Notes: a model not told the origin generated them from the sequence alone. Positions 24,698 through 39,900 are shown, counted from the first letter of the stretch. The stretch: DNA of 64,000 nucleotides from Eledone cirrhosa (GCA_964016885.1 OZ024741.1:70556001-70620000); one strand, 5' to 3'. Numbers and translations are program-made.

Positions 24698-27600
24698 AAT
24701 AATTACATAATTCTGCAACAATTGGAAAAGACCAATATTTTAAGAATTCACAAATTCGTCAGGGAAGACCATTCTACATACTAGTTGCCGATCCAGCATG
24801 CTGTACAAAAACACCTTAGATGAACAAATGTCTCTTAATATTAGAACTACACGACAGACTTACAATACCGCTAGAAATAACAGCCAAAAGACCGTCTGAT
24901 ACAGTTCAACAAATCAGGAGCAGCTTCATGATACTTAAATATTAATTAGTCTCTAATACTTAAATAGTTTTTTCACTTAAAATTAAAATGAAAGATGTCC
25001 AATGGAGGTTAGAGGCTGTTATTGCTTCATGAGGTGGATTTTGAATAAACTACATACATTATTTTCTAAAGATATTTATGTATAATTATATATATGTTGC
25101 TGGTCAATAAAGTTAGTAGGTTTTTTTAATTAAAAGCATTTTTATTTGCTTCCAAACTTATGCCCCACCCTATATATATTTACTCTTCAGTTAATTCTAT
25201 ATTTACTCTTTCAGATGCAACATTGGCTATCATACTTTCCCTGATTGTCTACCCTGTGAATGTAACCAGTTTGGTACTATAGGTAAAAAATGTCGGCTTT
25301 CACGAGGGGACATAGGACGTGGACGATGTCCCTGTCAACCAAATTATGCAGGAACTTACTGTGATACTTGTCAAGATGGATATTTTGGTTTCCCAGATTG
25401 CAAACGTCAGTATTTATTTTTTTGCCTGATTCTTTTTTTAATATTTTCAAAGTATTGTCAACTCTAGCATGACCCCAGCCCCTTGGCTGGAGCAGGTAAA
25501 AGAGTAAACTTCAGATTCATTGTATTGTGGTTCTTGGATGATTTTAGCAGGGTTCAATTTGTTGCAAACATTCAGACTAGATCCCTAGATTCACTTTGTT
25601 GCAAGTATTTGGACCAGATCCCAGGTTTACTCCCCTCCCCTCTCCTGTTTTCTCTTTCTCCTGCAGATATTCAGGCCTGGCATAGACAACATCAATCTCA
25701 TCAGCTTGGTGAGGGCTTGCAAAGGTCAAGGGCTCTGCTCCCATCTCTCCACACTAAATTATATATGTATAGAAAAACGCAAAAAAATTAAATATGTGAT
25801 TAAGATGGAGCCCTAAATTGTGGGTACTGATTCAAATTTTCCAAATTCCATCTTTCATATAGGCCAAGCCTGTCAAATTTATTGCCCTTTACAAGCCTGC
25901 ACAAAGGTTTTTACAGCGCGGGCATGTTTTATTTTCATAATATAACATTTAAAAAAATAATTGTAATGTGCACAATTAGTTGTTGTGAGTGGCTCTCAGA
26001 CAAAACATAGTTGACCCATGTGGCCCTTGGTTAGGCCTTCAGTTTGACATTCCTGATATAGGCTATTTATAATGATTGAATTGTTAAAGCATCAGTTTAA
26101 ATGCTTTGGTATTTTTTCCAGCTCCTTGCACTCTCAGTTCCAATTACCCCAAGGTCAACTTTGTTTTTCATCCTATCATGATTGATAAATAAAGTACCAG
26201 TGGTGGTGGAATGGTGGAATTATTAAAGATTTGAATGGGATGCTTTGCAGTATCTATTCTGGCTCTGTACATTTTGAGTTCAAACCTTGGCTAATGTCAT
26301 TAGAAAAGTGATGAGGCTTTTTGCCAGGAGCTACAACCACATGATTAGATCCCAGGACCTTATGGTTGAAAACATTTACTTTTTATTGTAGCAATATGAC
26401 TGATGTAGGAAATGCATTGTGTGTATATAAATTTTAAAGAGTTACAGACAGAAATAGATATATAAATATACAAGCACACATGGCATATTATTATAGTTGA
26501 TATGTATATTGTAAACATGTGACTATATACATATATATATATAATTACAACAGTGACATATACAGGTACTTAAGTTTCGTTAAGTTATACACCCCAACTC
26601 ATTCAGCCTGTTATATAAAAAGAAAATGGCTACTGCCAACGGTTGACTGGAGCTTTTTAGAAAAAATATGCGAGAGCTCTTTCAGGGCAGGTAATTTCGA
26701 ATTTAGCTGTAAATAAACTGTATATATTCTAAACACGTGATGATTTACAGATTCAATGAGCAAATAAAGATATTCCTTGATTTAACTTATATTTCTGTAG
26801 GTTGTGTGTGTAACAGAGTTGGTTCCAGAAGGAATGATTGTGACAAAGAGTCTGGTCAGTGTAATTGTCACCCTGGCTTTGCTGGTCACACTTGTGACCG
26901 ATGCACAGTTGGATATTTTGATGTGCATAACAACTGTAGATGTAAGTAGTTCTTTTATTTTATTACATTCATGCCATGTGTATGTATGTATGTATGTATG
27001 TATGTATGTATGTTCTTCTGGTTTTATAATTTCACAAATTTTTTCCCTATAGAGAGAGAGTCGGTTTCTAACATAGATACAAGACTCTCTCATTGGAATT
27101 TACGCATCAACCAGGTAGATATGTCTGCATGCATACATGTGTGTGCAGGTATGGATGTTATTGTATGTGTGGATGTGGATGTTTTGAGTTGTATGTGTGC
27201 ATATCCCTATGCTTTGTATCTATACAAGTGTATATGCAGTTATTAGATGCAGAATTTTGGGAATGTTTTATATATTTTTACTGTTCCATTAATGGATTCA
27301 TCATCATCATCATTTTACGTCCACTTTTCCCTGCTTGGGACGGGAACTGATTCTGGCTTGATTTCTACAGCTGGATGCCCTTCCTAACGCCAACCTCATT
27401 TGCAGTGAGTGCTGGGTGCTTTTTTTTTCGTGGTGCCTACACGTCCACTTTACAGTGTGGGCTGGGTGCTTTTTTGCCATGGCACCTCAATGACCACTTT
27501 GCAGTGGAATGATAGGGACCCCAGTCCTATCATCTCATTTCTACAGCTGAGTAAACTGGAGCAATATGAAATAAAGTGTCTTGCTCAAGGAAACAACTTG

Positions 27601-30600
27601 TAATTTCCTAATGTATGTGTGTGTGTGTTGTTTTCTTTTCTCACCACCAAAGAGAGCTGGTTTCTAACACAGAAACAATTTTTTCATTGGAATTTAAACA
27701 TCAACTAATTATGTATCTCTCTCTCTCTCTCTCTCTCTGGTTATTATGGATCTCTATATTTTTAGTTATATGTGCACCTTTATATATGTTTCTATATTTA
27801 TACACGTGTATATGCAGTTATTACATGTATGTGTGTATAAATATGGATGTGTGTGTAAATATGGATGTGTGTGTAAATATGGGTCATCTTCTGATGAAGA
27901 GACAATAGGCTCTTAGAGACATCAATATAATCTCTTAGACTTTTCACAGCAAGCTTCTAATTAAAAACCTAACTAAATTCAGCAATTTTTCTGATATATC
28001 CTGTGTTCTAACATAGTTATCATTTCATTTATTTTTGAAAATGATGTCACACAGTGTAGATAACTATAATAATAGTTCATAACTATGGATAATAATTAAA
28101 TATATCAGGTAAAGTACTCCTGGAGATAGAAAAAAGAGGACAGCAATGCCATGACTATCCACATTTTCCATCCCTAAGGGTGCCTTACCTCATATATTTA
28201 ACTATTTTTATAGTTATTTACATTGTGGCGACTCTATTTCCAGATTTAAGATTCCTCAATGCTTGATAAGTCAACTATATTTTGTTTAATTACATGTTTA
28301 TTGTATATTTTTGTTTTGTATTTTGCAGTGTGCAATTGTGACGTGAATGGTTGCACCAGGGAAATTTGTGATCACAACTATGGCCGATGCATATGTAAAC
28401 CAAATTTCACAGGTACCAGGTGTGATCAATGCCAACCAGGTTACTACCAGTTCCCTCAATGCAATGGTATGTTAGATTCTCTCTCCCCCTCTCTAGATCA
28501 ATATACTAAGTGAAGCTGTTTTTATCATTCTCTATAGCATATAAGTCTGTGCTATTTATTTTTTCTATCCAAATAATTGTTTCTACTTTAGGCACAAGGC
28601 CAGCAATTACCCAGTGCATTACTGGTACTTTTTCCATCCAAATAATGGTTTCTGATTTAGGCACAAGGCCAAAAACGTTTTGTGGGGAGGAGAAAGTCAA
28701 TTAAATCAACCCCAGTACATTACTGGTACTTTATTTCATTGACTACGTAAGGATAAAAGGCAAAGCTAACCTCGGCAGAATTTGATCTCAGAATGTAAAG
28801 GGCCGTAGCTATATGCCACAAGGCATAATGTCCAACACTCTAACGATACAGCCAATCCACTGCTCTTTTTCCATTCAAATAATAGAATTCTAATTTCATT
28901 GTTTATATCCCCGCCTCCTTATAAATGAAGAATAGAGGTGGAGTTATTTTTTTATCTGCAGGAGGAAATATTGCAATATTCAGTTATTTAATTCTAGACA
29001 CACACGCACACACACCAATAAAAAAAATAACACGTGGGAAAAATAAAAGGCACAAAAATTTAAAAGTATGGATACATGGACAGTTCCTGCCCATCAGCTG
29101 TTGTCTGGAATTCATCATAGTTCCAGACGCTTTAAAGACAGGACTATCTTTTCCCCAGTGTATCAATAGTATTTAAGGTTATCTCTCCTATATATCATTG
29201 CTAGCATGTGTTGGACATGTTATTACAGTTTGAGACTAGATAGGCTAGAGGGACATCATCTGGTCCATACATTCCATATTTGGCATAGTTTCTATAGCTA
29301 GATGCCCTTCCTAACACCAGCCACCACCACTTTATGGAGTGTACTGGTTGCATTTTATTGTGGCCCCAGCACTAGAGCAGTTGGCATATGTAGTACAGCA
29401 AATCTTCAGTCAACCCGATCCTGCATCATCTCCTTCATGATGATTAGTTTCTTGAGGTCATTCTTCACAACTTTGTTCCATATCTTCCTTGGTAACCCTC
29501 TGCCAAACGTTCTGTCTACTTTTAATCCTCTGGCTCTTTGCGCATAAGACATCATCATCATCATCACTGTTTAATGTCCATTTTCCACGATAGCATGGAT
29601 TAAATGAGTTGCCCCGTTGTGAGACAAGCCAGGTCTGATGACCATGATTTGCTCATACAGGACTTGTTTTGGCTTGGTTTCTATGGTTGGATGTCTTTCC
29701 TAACACTAACCACATTTACAGTGTGGGCTGGGCACTTTTTGTTGTGTCACCTACACAATCATCTTACAGTGGCTATATCAATACAATCTGCTCTCTTTCA
29801 CACATATTTATATATGTATGCATTTACATACTCATATATATTACCACAGATATTGTTAGTGTTGCTCTTGCTATGTAATTGCTCTGCCACTTCAAGTTAA
29901 ACTTCCTAATCATCATCATAATCATTTTCTCCTATCTTCTGTAGATTGTGGGTGCTCATCTGTTGGTTCCAGGGATAGAAACTGTCGTAACAATGGACAA
30001 TGTATGTGTAAAAGGAACTTTGCTGGACGTCAATGTAATCAATGTGCCCCAGGATTTTACCGCTATCCAAACTGTGTCCGTATGTATCACTATTAACCAT
30101 CTATCTTTCTGTTGTTTATTTGTATTATAGCATGTTATTTGCACAAAGTGAATATTTAATGATATTTTTTCAAGAGGCATTAAAGCAAATTCACATTATT
30201 CAAGTTCACGTAAAAAGTGAACAGACTGTATATATATGCCTACTACAGGTACCATGTATCCCAGTACAAAACCTGGGTGGTTGGTGACTAGCTCTCCCAC
30301 CATACCCTGGTCTAGTGAGGAGGGTAAGTGGAACTCCAGCAGCACAAAAAACAAGAGCTTACAAAGAGCTGATGAACTCAGTGTCAATGGCCATCAACGC
30401 CAACTATGGGTTAAATAGTTTCACTAACCCGCAATTGGCTATACCTGTGGAGAAGTTAAACTCCATGACAATAACACATGATCCTTGTAACTGTCCTGTT
30501 ATCTTGCCTTGGCTTGTCACATAGCTGTGGTGTGATGCTATATGTGTAGCACAGGCACGTAGCATTGCCATCTTTATGTGTAGATATTTCTTCGCAAGTC

Positions 30601-33600
30601 CCAGGCGATGGAGGAGTGGCAACATGTGCAGACATGACCAGTTAGAAGCACAGGGTAACAAAACTACATGTGAGTGGTTTGAGACTTATCCCAACGTTGC
30701 TGAACTGTTAACCTGAATAACGAAATGCCTCAATGGAGTCTTGCGTGTCTGAGCAGCCTTTTTTAGGGATACCCTGCTCACCCATACCACATGGGATATG
30801 GAGAGATGGCCCTCTTCTGTAAAGAAGTGGCATGCATAAAACTGCAACTCTTTTTATGGATTATATTGTTTTCTTAAATTATTTTCCAGCTTGTGATTGC
30901 TCCGGAACTGGCTCAGAGGGCCAAACATGTAACCAGATTAATGGCCGATGTCTTTGTCGTCATAACTTCCAAGGTTTCAAATGTGATCAATGTAAAACAA
31001 ATTATTATAAGTATCCACAGTGTATAGGTAAGTGAGAATATTCTGACCCTAATATTGTTTTCACATTATTTGTTTGTTAATATTTCTTGTATATTTTTTT
31101 CCATAATGATTTTTATGTATTATTTTATCATGAATTTTTCTGTGATAAAATTCCAGGTAACACATATTTTAAAAACCTGAAATAAATTATTGTCAAAAGG
31201 GTTTTTAAATCTTTTAAGAGTAAAGTGATTTGTTGGCCAACATGTATTGTTCTATATATATGTTAATTTTTGTTCTAGAAAATATAAATATCTCAATTCC
31301 TTATTAACTTTATAATGTCTAAATTATGAATATGCAGAAAACAGTTATTTGTTAGTCGTTTTCAGTTTATTTAAAAGTAAGAAGTATCTTTGATGTAGAA
31401 AAAAAGGAGAGCATTTTCTTATAAAAATCTACATAAATTATTCAAATTTCAATAATTCTGCAACAGCTATTTGATATCTTAATTACTTAACTACAATAAT
31501 GTTGTTCAAACGTAAAGAAATGTTAGAGCTTGTTCAAGCTTTAAATTTTGTTGTTTTCTTCCTATATGAGGGTTGGCTGCAAAGTTCATTAGCTGACCAA
31601 GATACTCTCATGGAATGACCAAATGAAGTTTATTTTTCCTCATAGTCCCTGGAAAGAAACAATGCAGTTATTAATAAGAAGAGCTGAAATTAATGCATGC
31701 AAGATTTCATAGCTCTAGCATCACTTCTTCATAGTCAGCCTATGAACTTTTCAACTGACACTCATATTTACTATATCTAAACTTCTTTGATACCCTCTTT
31801 TGTTTCTATAAGATGTGCATTCAACAATAGCCAATTTCCTTTTGCTATTTGGAGCTTCCATTACAGTTTTGGGACTGGGCAGCTTAAGTATATATATATT
31901 GTCTAACCCATGCTAGCGTGGAAGATGGACGTTAAACGAAGATGATTGTACATGGGTTTTTTTCAGCCTACCTTCATACTTACTTAACAATATATTTGTA
32001 TTCCTGTCATGTTACAAGACATTTGATTATATGGTTCCCCAAACTGCCTCCCTACTCAGTCTCTGGAAAGAAACAATGCAATTATTAAGAAGAGTTGAAA
32101 TTAATGCATGCACGATTTTACAGCTCTACCATCACTCCTTCATAGTTAGCCTATGAACTTTTCAGCCTACCCTCAAAAAGCAATAGGAAATATGACAAAA
32201 GGAGTGATAGTGTTAAAAATAGGGCAGTGGATTGGCAGAATCGGTAAAGCGTTTTGGACAACATGCTTAGTGGCATAGTTACGGCCCTTTACATTCTGAA
32301 TTCAAATCCTGCCAAGGTTAGCTTTGCCTCTCATCTTTACAGGGTCGATAAAATAAAGTACCAGTAATGCACTGGGGTTGATTTAATCGACTTTCCCCTC
32401 CCCCTTAAAACTGCTGGCCTTGTGCCTAAAGTAGAAACAATTATTGCATACTCCAATCCTTGTTCAAAGTTCCAGCTTTGCCACATATTATGTTATGTTG
32501 AGAATTATGATAAAATTGCATGCTTCTATAAAATATTCAACCATTTACATTTTAGACACTCAGTTAATTTAACATTTACATGTTAGACAATCAGTTAATC
32601 GAAAGACTGAATTATCATCATTAGAACCAATGGAGGATCCAACATATTTATTATAATAATTTGGGAGTCAGCAAATTAAATTTTAACAGTGATTTCTCTG
32701 CATAACATAAGATATATACATCTAAATTAAATCCTATATCATTAGGAAAGAACGTGTGTGATGTTATTTATTAAGTACACTATATATGAAAATAAAATAT
32801 GATTGTTATAGTTGGAAGACCTTTGATCATAGGCTTGGGTTAATGTGAAGCTAAGCAACAGCAACAAACTTAATCTGAAGCTAAACAACAATAACAGGGT
32901 TAATCTGATGCTAGCCATCAACAACAAGGATAATCTGATACTAACCAGCAATAACCGGGTTAATCTGAAGCTACACATCAATAACAGGGTTAATCTGAAG
33001 TTAAACATCAATAACAGCGTTAATCTGTTGCTAATCAGCAATGACAGGGTTAATATAAAGCTAAGCAACAACAGAGTTAATCTGAAGCTAAATGGCAATA
33101 ACAGGGTTAATCTGAAGCTACACATCAATAACAGGGTTAATCTGAAGCTACACACCAATAACAGGGTTAATCTCAAGCTACACAGCAATAACAGGGTTAA
33201 TCTCAAGCTACACAGCAATAACAGGGTTAATCTGAAGCTAAACATCAATAACAGGGTTAATCTGAAGCTACACAGCAATAACAGGGTTAATCTGTTGCTA
33301 CACAGCAGTAACAGGGTTAATCTGTTGCTAACCAGTAATGACAGGGTTAATCTGAAGCTACACAGCAATAACAGGGTTAATCTGCAGCTACACAGCAATA
33401 ACAGGGTCAATGTGAAGTTAAACAGCAATAACAGGGATAATGTGAAGCTAAGCAAGAACAACAGGGTTAATCTGAAACTAAACAGTAATAACAGGGTTAA
33501 TATGATGCTAACCATCAACAACAAGTATAATCTGATACTAACCAGCAATAACAGGGTTAATCTGAAGCTACACACCAATAACAGGGTTAACCTGAAGCTA

Positions 33601-35927
33601 CACATCAATAACAGCGTTAATCTGTTGCTAATAAGCAATGACAGGGTTAATATAAAGCTAAGCAACAACAGGATTAATCTGAAGCTAAATGGCAATAACA
33701 GGGTTAATCTGAAGCTACACAGCAATAACAGGGTTAATCTGAAGCTACACACCAATAACAGGGTTAATCTGAAGTTACATGACAATAACAGGGTTAATGT
33801 GAAGCTAAGCAACAACAACAGAGTTAATCTGAATTTAAACAGTAATAACAGGGTTAATCTGATGCTAACCATCAACAACAAGGATAATCTGATACTAACC
33901 AGCAATAACAGGGTTAATCTGAAGCTACACATCAATAACAGGGTTAATCTGAAGTTAAACATCAATAACAGCGTTAATCTGTTGCTAATCAGCAATGACA
34001 GGGTTAATATAAAGCTAAGCAACAACAGGGTTAATCTGAAGCTAAATGGCAATAACAGGGTTAATCTGAAGCTACACATCAATAACAGGGTTAATCTGAA
34101 GCTACACACCAATAACAGGGTTAATCTGAAGCTACACAGCAATAACAGGGTTAATCTCAAGCCACACAGCAATAACAGGGTTAATCTGTTGCTACACAGC
34201 AATAACAGGGTTAATCTGTTGCTACACGGCAATAACAGGGTTAATCTGAAGTTACACAGCAATAACGGCTAATCTGAAGTTAAACAGCAATAACAGGGTT
34301 AATCTGAAGTTAAACAGCAATAACAGGGATAATATGAAGCTAAACAACAATAGCAGGGTTAATCTGATGCTAACCAGCAATAACAGGGTTAATGTGAAGC
34401 TAAGCAACAACAGGGTTAATGTGAAGCTAAGCAACAACAGGGTTAATCTGAAACTAAACATCAATAACAAGGTTAATCTGAAGATAAACATCAATAACAA
34501 CAACAATAGACTCATGGCTGCAGCAGCATTCTAATGACATAGAAAGATTAACAACAAAACAAACATAAAACATAGTCAAACACCAACAAATCTCTTTCTT
34601 AGCAGAGCCAACAACATGCTGGGTGCCACAGGAGCAAGTAGCGAGTAGGTGATAAGCGGCCATGTTAGCCACCAAGAAAACAATTGTTTCAAAGTGGCTG
34701 TAGATAATAAAGGTGAACAATGACTTGTGTTACTTAAAGTAGTGCTACCTCAAAACAAGTTAGGGCTTGATTAAACCTGGTTGGCTCATTTGGGGAAGGT
34801 GTCTCATGCTGGAAGACCTGGACTATCCAATGATTTGTGATAACATTACTGATGATATAACCAGAAGCTTCCCATAAGAATGTAGAGAAAAAATAGAAAA
34901 AAGAAAAAGAAAAAAAACACCACCAAAAATAAATTTAATATTTTGTACTTATATTTGTTGTAAATTCCTTTGTAAACCCATCTATGTTTTTTCACCATGC
35001 TTTTATCATATACCCTATTACATGTGTTTTTCACTATTTTTTTGATTTTATGAATAGAACGGATGTACAATCGTAAGATCCAAAGATTTTTTTTTTGTAT
35101 CTGTTTCTGTCATATTTTCATTCTCTTCTTGTATGTATATATATATAAAGATATATATATGTATATATATTTATCTATATCTACCTATATATATATATAT
35201 CTTTCTTACAACTGGCTCTATTTTCTGGGTTGGTTTATTGATCTTTTGCTCATGTGAACTTCATTCTATATTGTTTACACTTCTTTCTTATCTTTTTAGT
35301 CAACTCTTTGTTGCCAAATTTTTTGTCAACTTCTTTTTCTTTTTTTCAAATCTTTGTTGTCAATATATTTTTGTCAACTCTTTGTTGTCAATCAATTGCA
35401 TCTTTGATCATGTATAGCAACTTTATAAAAAATCTTATTCTGTCTGTTTCTCTCTCTCACTTACTTTGCATTTTCTTAAGAAAAGGAAAGTGTTTCAGTT
35501 ATCAAAAGGGTTCTTAACAGAAACCTATACATCCATTACATAAATGTCCTAGAATTACATGAAATACACACAGTTGCAATACAAAAAAAAAAAAATGGTC
35601 AAGAAACTCCTGCTGGCAACAAATGTTAATGATGCAATGGTTATAAAAGGGGGACAAACTTATGAGAATCCTTAAGGAGGACACATAGGAAAATAAAATG
35701 TGGAGTTATATATAGAAATCAATTGTAAAATTATAGTTGTTTGATAAATCACCACCACACTATTGTGTAAGACTTGGAATATTTTAGTTAGGTTGATGAA
35801 GGGAGATAACTGTTACAAAATTATGTGCATGACAGAAATAAAGAGAAAGTAGTTTGAAATAAAGTTAAAATTAAGTAATTGATAAAAGATTGAAGAATTA
35901 CATAAAGGTATAAACACACATATACAG

Positions 35928-35965
<38 letters not shown>

Positions 35966-36928
35966 GTATGCATCATCATCATCATCATCATCATTAACAT
36001 GGTGTTACAAAATAGATATAATAGCTACTGTCATCTTCCCAATAAACTGCCCTCTTAAATGATATAATTTCTAGTCATGCACGTTCACAAGTCAAAAATA
36101 TAGGATGTAAGTAATGGTTAGCATATTGGGATTATCTCTAATTAATATATATATAGTTCACAACAGTGTCTGTGAGTGCTCTGCTAAAAGCACCCATTTC
36201 AATGCTGGGGCACTGTCTTCGAGGGGTTTAGTAGATCATATAAAACTCAGTACTTATTTTATCAATTTTTTTTTGCCAAACTGCTAGATCATGGGTTTAA
36301 AACAAACATACATAGATACATACATCAATATGCACGCACACACTCACATCCATCCATATACATGCACACACATGATGGACTTCTGCAGTTTCCATCAAAT
36401 AAATTTCACTCATTGTGATAGTACAAGACATTTGCCCAAGGTGCCATTTAGCAGGAGTGAACTTGAAACCACATAGTTGCAAAGTAAATATCTTAACCTC
36501 ACAAGCATTCCTGGATCTATTTACCCATAACATTCTTTATTAAAATTTGTTAAATTCTTTTCTAATTCATCTACATGATCATTCTGTTTTCCACATCTTC
36601 TTACATATGACTTTCACTGTATTTTTCTGATTTTATGTACAGAACAGAGAGGCAATCGTAAGATTTAAAGATTTTCTTTTTTGTATCTGTTTTACTCTCA
36701 CTCTTCTCTGGTATATATATATTTCTTTCTTACCACTAACTCTGTTTTCTGAATTGGTTATTGGTCTTTTGCTCTTGTAAACTTCCTTCTATACTGTTTT
36801 CACTACTATTCACTATTCTTTTTGTTGTCAACTGCATCTTTTTTTATCATTTAATGACCTATAGTTACTTCATTACAATCTCTTTTTGTCTCTATTCTTT
36901 CTGTTTTACATTTCTTCTCCCCCCCCCT

Positions 36929-36997
<69 letters not shown>

Positions 36998-39900
36998 AGG
37001 GAATATATATCAAAGGAATATCTGGTCCCTTACGATTTGAACACATATATGTATATGTCTGTGTTCATTTTTCTTTTTGGTTCAGTTATATATATATATA
37101 AAAGATAGATGGATATAGAGGTTTCTCCTTATGTTGGTTATTCAATATCATAGGGAATATAATGTACATTTTTCTTCAAATCTTATCTCTTGTCTAGTTT
37201 TTCCTAATACACTATACTATATAGTAGTAGTAGTATTTGGTACAAAGACCAAAATTCAGAGAGGAATCGATAAGAGTTGTATATGTAAATATATATAAAC
37301 CCGTAAAGTAAATATTTATTCTTAGCATAGATTAAAAGTTTAAGCGAATAATTTCTGCTTTCATCCAATGAGGACAAAAATATAAGACACAGACATGCAT
37401 AGGAAACAATGCCATCTCTTCAGTCATCCATATAGGTTACATAATCCATGGAACAATGTGACTGCTCTAAAAGGCACTCTTTGCACATTGTAAAAATGTT
37501 GGCATTTAATCAGTAACAAACATTGGATAGAGAGGGCATCAGTCAAATCAAGCTGTTCACAAACCTTCTTGTAGTGTTGGTGCCATGATAAAATGCACTT
37601 AGTATACTCTCCAAATTAGATGGCACTAGAAAGGCTATCTAGCTGTGGAAATAATGCCAAAATGGAATGAATTTGAGTGAGACATGGCCTCCTAACCTGT
37701 CTAGAGGACAGTAGCTCCAATTAAGTATTGGCTTGGTGTGTAATGATCAGTTCAACTCAGGCTAGCATGGAAAAATAGATGTAATATGATGATGATATAT
37801 ACTTCTTAGTATTTGCATCTTCTGATTAACATAGCTGATTCATATAATTGGCATTGAACATTATTTATGTAAAAAACTAGAGATGTTCTGAAATGAAAGG
37901 AAATTTTCTTTAATCAATACAGTCATCATCTACAAAATTATGATACTTTTGACCCTCAGTGGATCCTTTGCTAGTTTTGTCACTACACCCTGTCACCATA
38001 TTCATTTGTGATAACCACACTTTATCATGTCTGTTAATGCCTATATACCACTACTTTAGGGGCAGAGTTGTTATATCTGTACCTACTCTCTAAACTCAGA
38101 GTTCAAGTACCTCCAAGGTCAACTATGTTTTTCATCCTTTCAAAGTCAATAAGTAATGTACCAAACCAATAGCAGTGGATTAACAGAATCACTAACACAT
38201 TAGACAGGACACTTTGCCATATCTGCTCCAATTCTGCATGTTCTGAATTCAAATTCCTCCTCTCATCACAAGAAAAGTACTGACACTTCTGCTAGGAATT
38301 GTGGCCAGCAGATAGTATCAGCAATGGAAAAACTTTTGGAAACATAGTTTCCTTTATTTAATCTCACAATCAGCTTCTTCTCTCTTTTTCCTATTAGAAC
38401 CCAATTTTCACATTTAACCTCAAATCCAAACATTTCTAGCTTATTTTCAAAACTGTCTTTTCATTCAGGTCACCATATAACTGTTTCTGGTTCTATTGTT
38501 CTTCTTTCTCATTTTCACTAACTTTTATCTCATTTCTTTCTCTGGGCTAACTATAGGAATTATTTATGGACTTTTTTCTGAAATACACTAAACATTATTT
38601 TGCTGTGCACTAAATTTTCCTTTATATCACAAAGTCTTCATAATAACTGTTCAAAATATTTAAGACAAATGCTTTCATTCTTATTAGTCATAATATTGTT
38701 TTAGTAAAAATTACATTGATAATTTTTTTCTTGTTTACATTGAAGATAGTTTAAATCAGATAAAGGGGAGAAGTAACTGCTAAGTTATCTTATGGATTTT
38801 TAGATTAATTGCAGAGGGAGATTGCAGAATTCATGAAAAGGAAATGCTTGTGACTTGTCATTTCAGCAGAAAAATGAATATTGAGATTGTACGTTTTCTA
38901 GTTTATTAAAACAACAAACAAGCAACGAGACAAAAAGTTGTAGCATTAGAAAATATCAAAACTCACAAAACCAGTATTAATATAGAGTGGCAAATGTAAA
39001 ACCATGAAGATAAAAAAAATAGAAATTCTGTAAACTCCACAGAAAACCAAGTTCATCATAACCTATGGAAGGAATCTTCATTGTAAAATCTAAGGTTAGC
39101 CAGAGTTCTATTGATTTAAAAAGGTATGATTTGGGGCAGAGAGAAAGAAAGATGGAGCTGTTGTCCAATCATCCGTGATGTTACTTGCAATAATTGAACA
39201 TTTTATCAGGGTTGAAAATTGTAGCAAAAATAGACACTGTATAAGATTTGATACTAATAGGATATTGTATAAGGTTTAATACAGGTAGCAATAATAGGAC
39301 ATTGTATAAAGTTTGATAAAGGTAGAAATAATAGGACAGGATATTGTATAAGGCTTATTTCAGAACTCTGCTATAGGATTACTCTCAATTAGAGTACCCA
39401 CCCATAATGTTCCGAAACCCTCCACTCCACCACCACCACCATCAAGCCCCAAAATCTGTTGATGGGCCCGTGTAATAATAATAGGACACTGTATCAAGTT
39501 TGACTCAAACTGGAGGCTGTTAGAATAAATACGGATTTTCTTACAAATAATTGATAAGTTTCTAATATGCAGCTTTCACCCCACTTCATGGAATTTTGGT
39601 TGCACAACTTTCAGGGACTCTTTCTTGTGTATCTGCATTATTATTATATTTTGCGGCACATTTATATAACCACTTTCTACTTCACTTCACTATTTTCCTT
39701 CTTCTACAACATTTGCTCTTGCACATTGGCATTTTTGTCATTTTGTCTATTAATGTTATCTGTGCATTTTTTCTATGCACATATCTTTCTCTCTCCTCAC
39801 TTCTATTATACTCATGTTTACATTTACATATATCTCTGTTCTGTTCACTGTTACAGTTCAATAACCTTTTAACCTCTGTGTTACTGTGTCATTGTTATAT

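Noticed and set aside
32742-34262. 506-aa Leu-rich and 475-aa Asn-rich ORFs as real genes
   Set aside because: They coincide with a 30-bp tandem array in an intron and have no non-repetitive domain; annotated as a repeat and kept only as a hypothesis
32837-34508. Interstitial telomeric repeat (agggtta in each unit)
   Set aside because: Only one hexamer-like match per 30-bp unit; better explained by the SINE-tail origin
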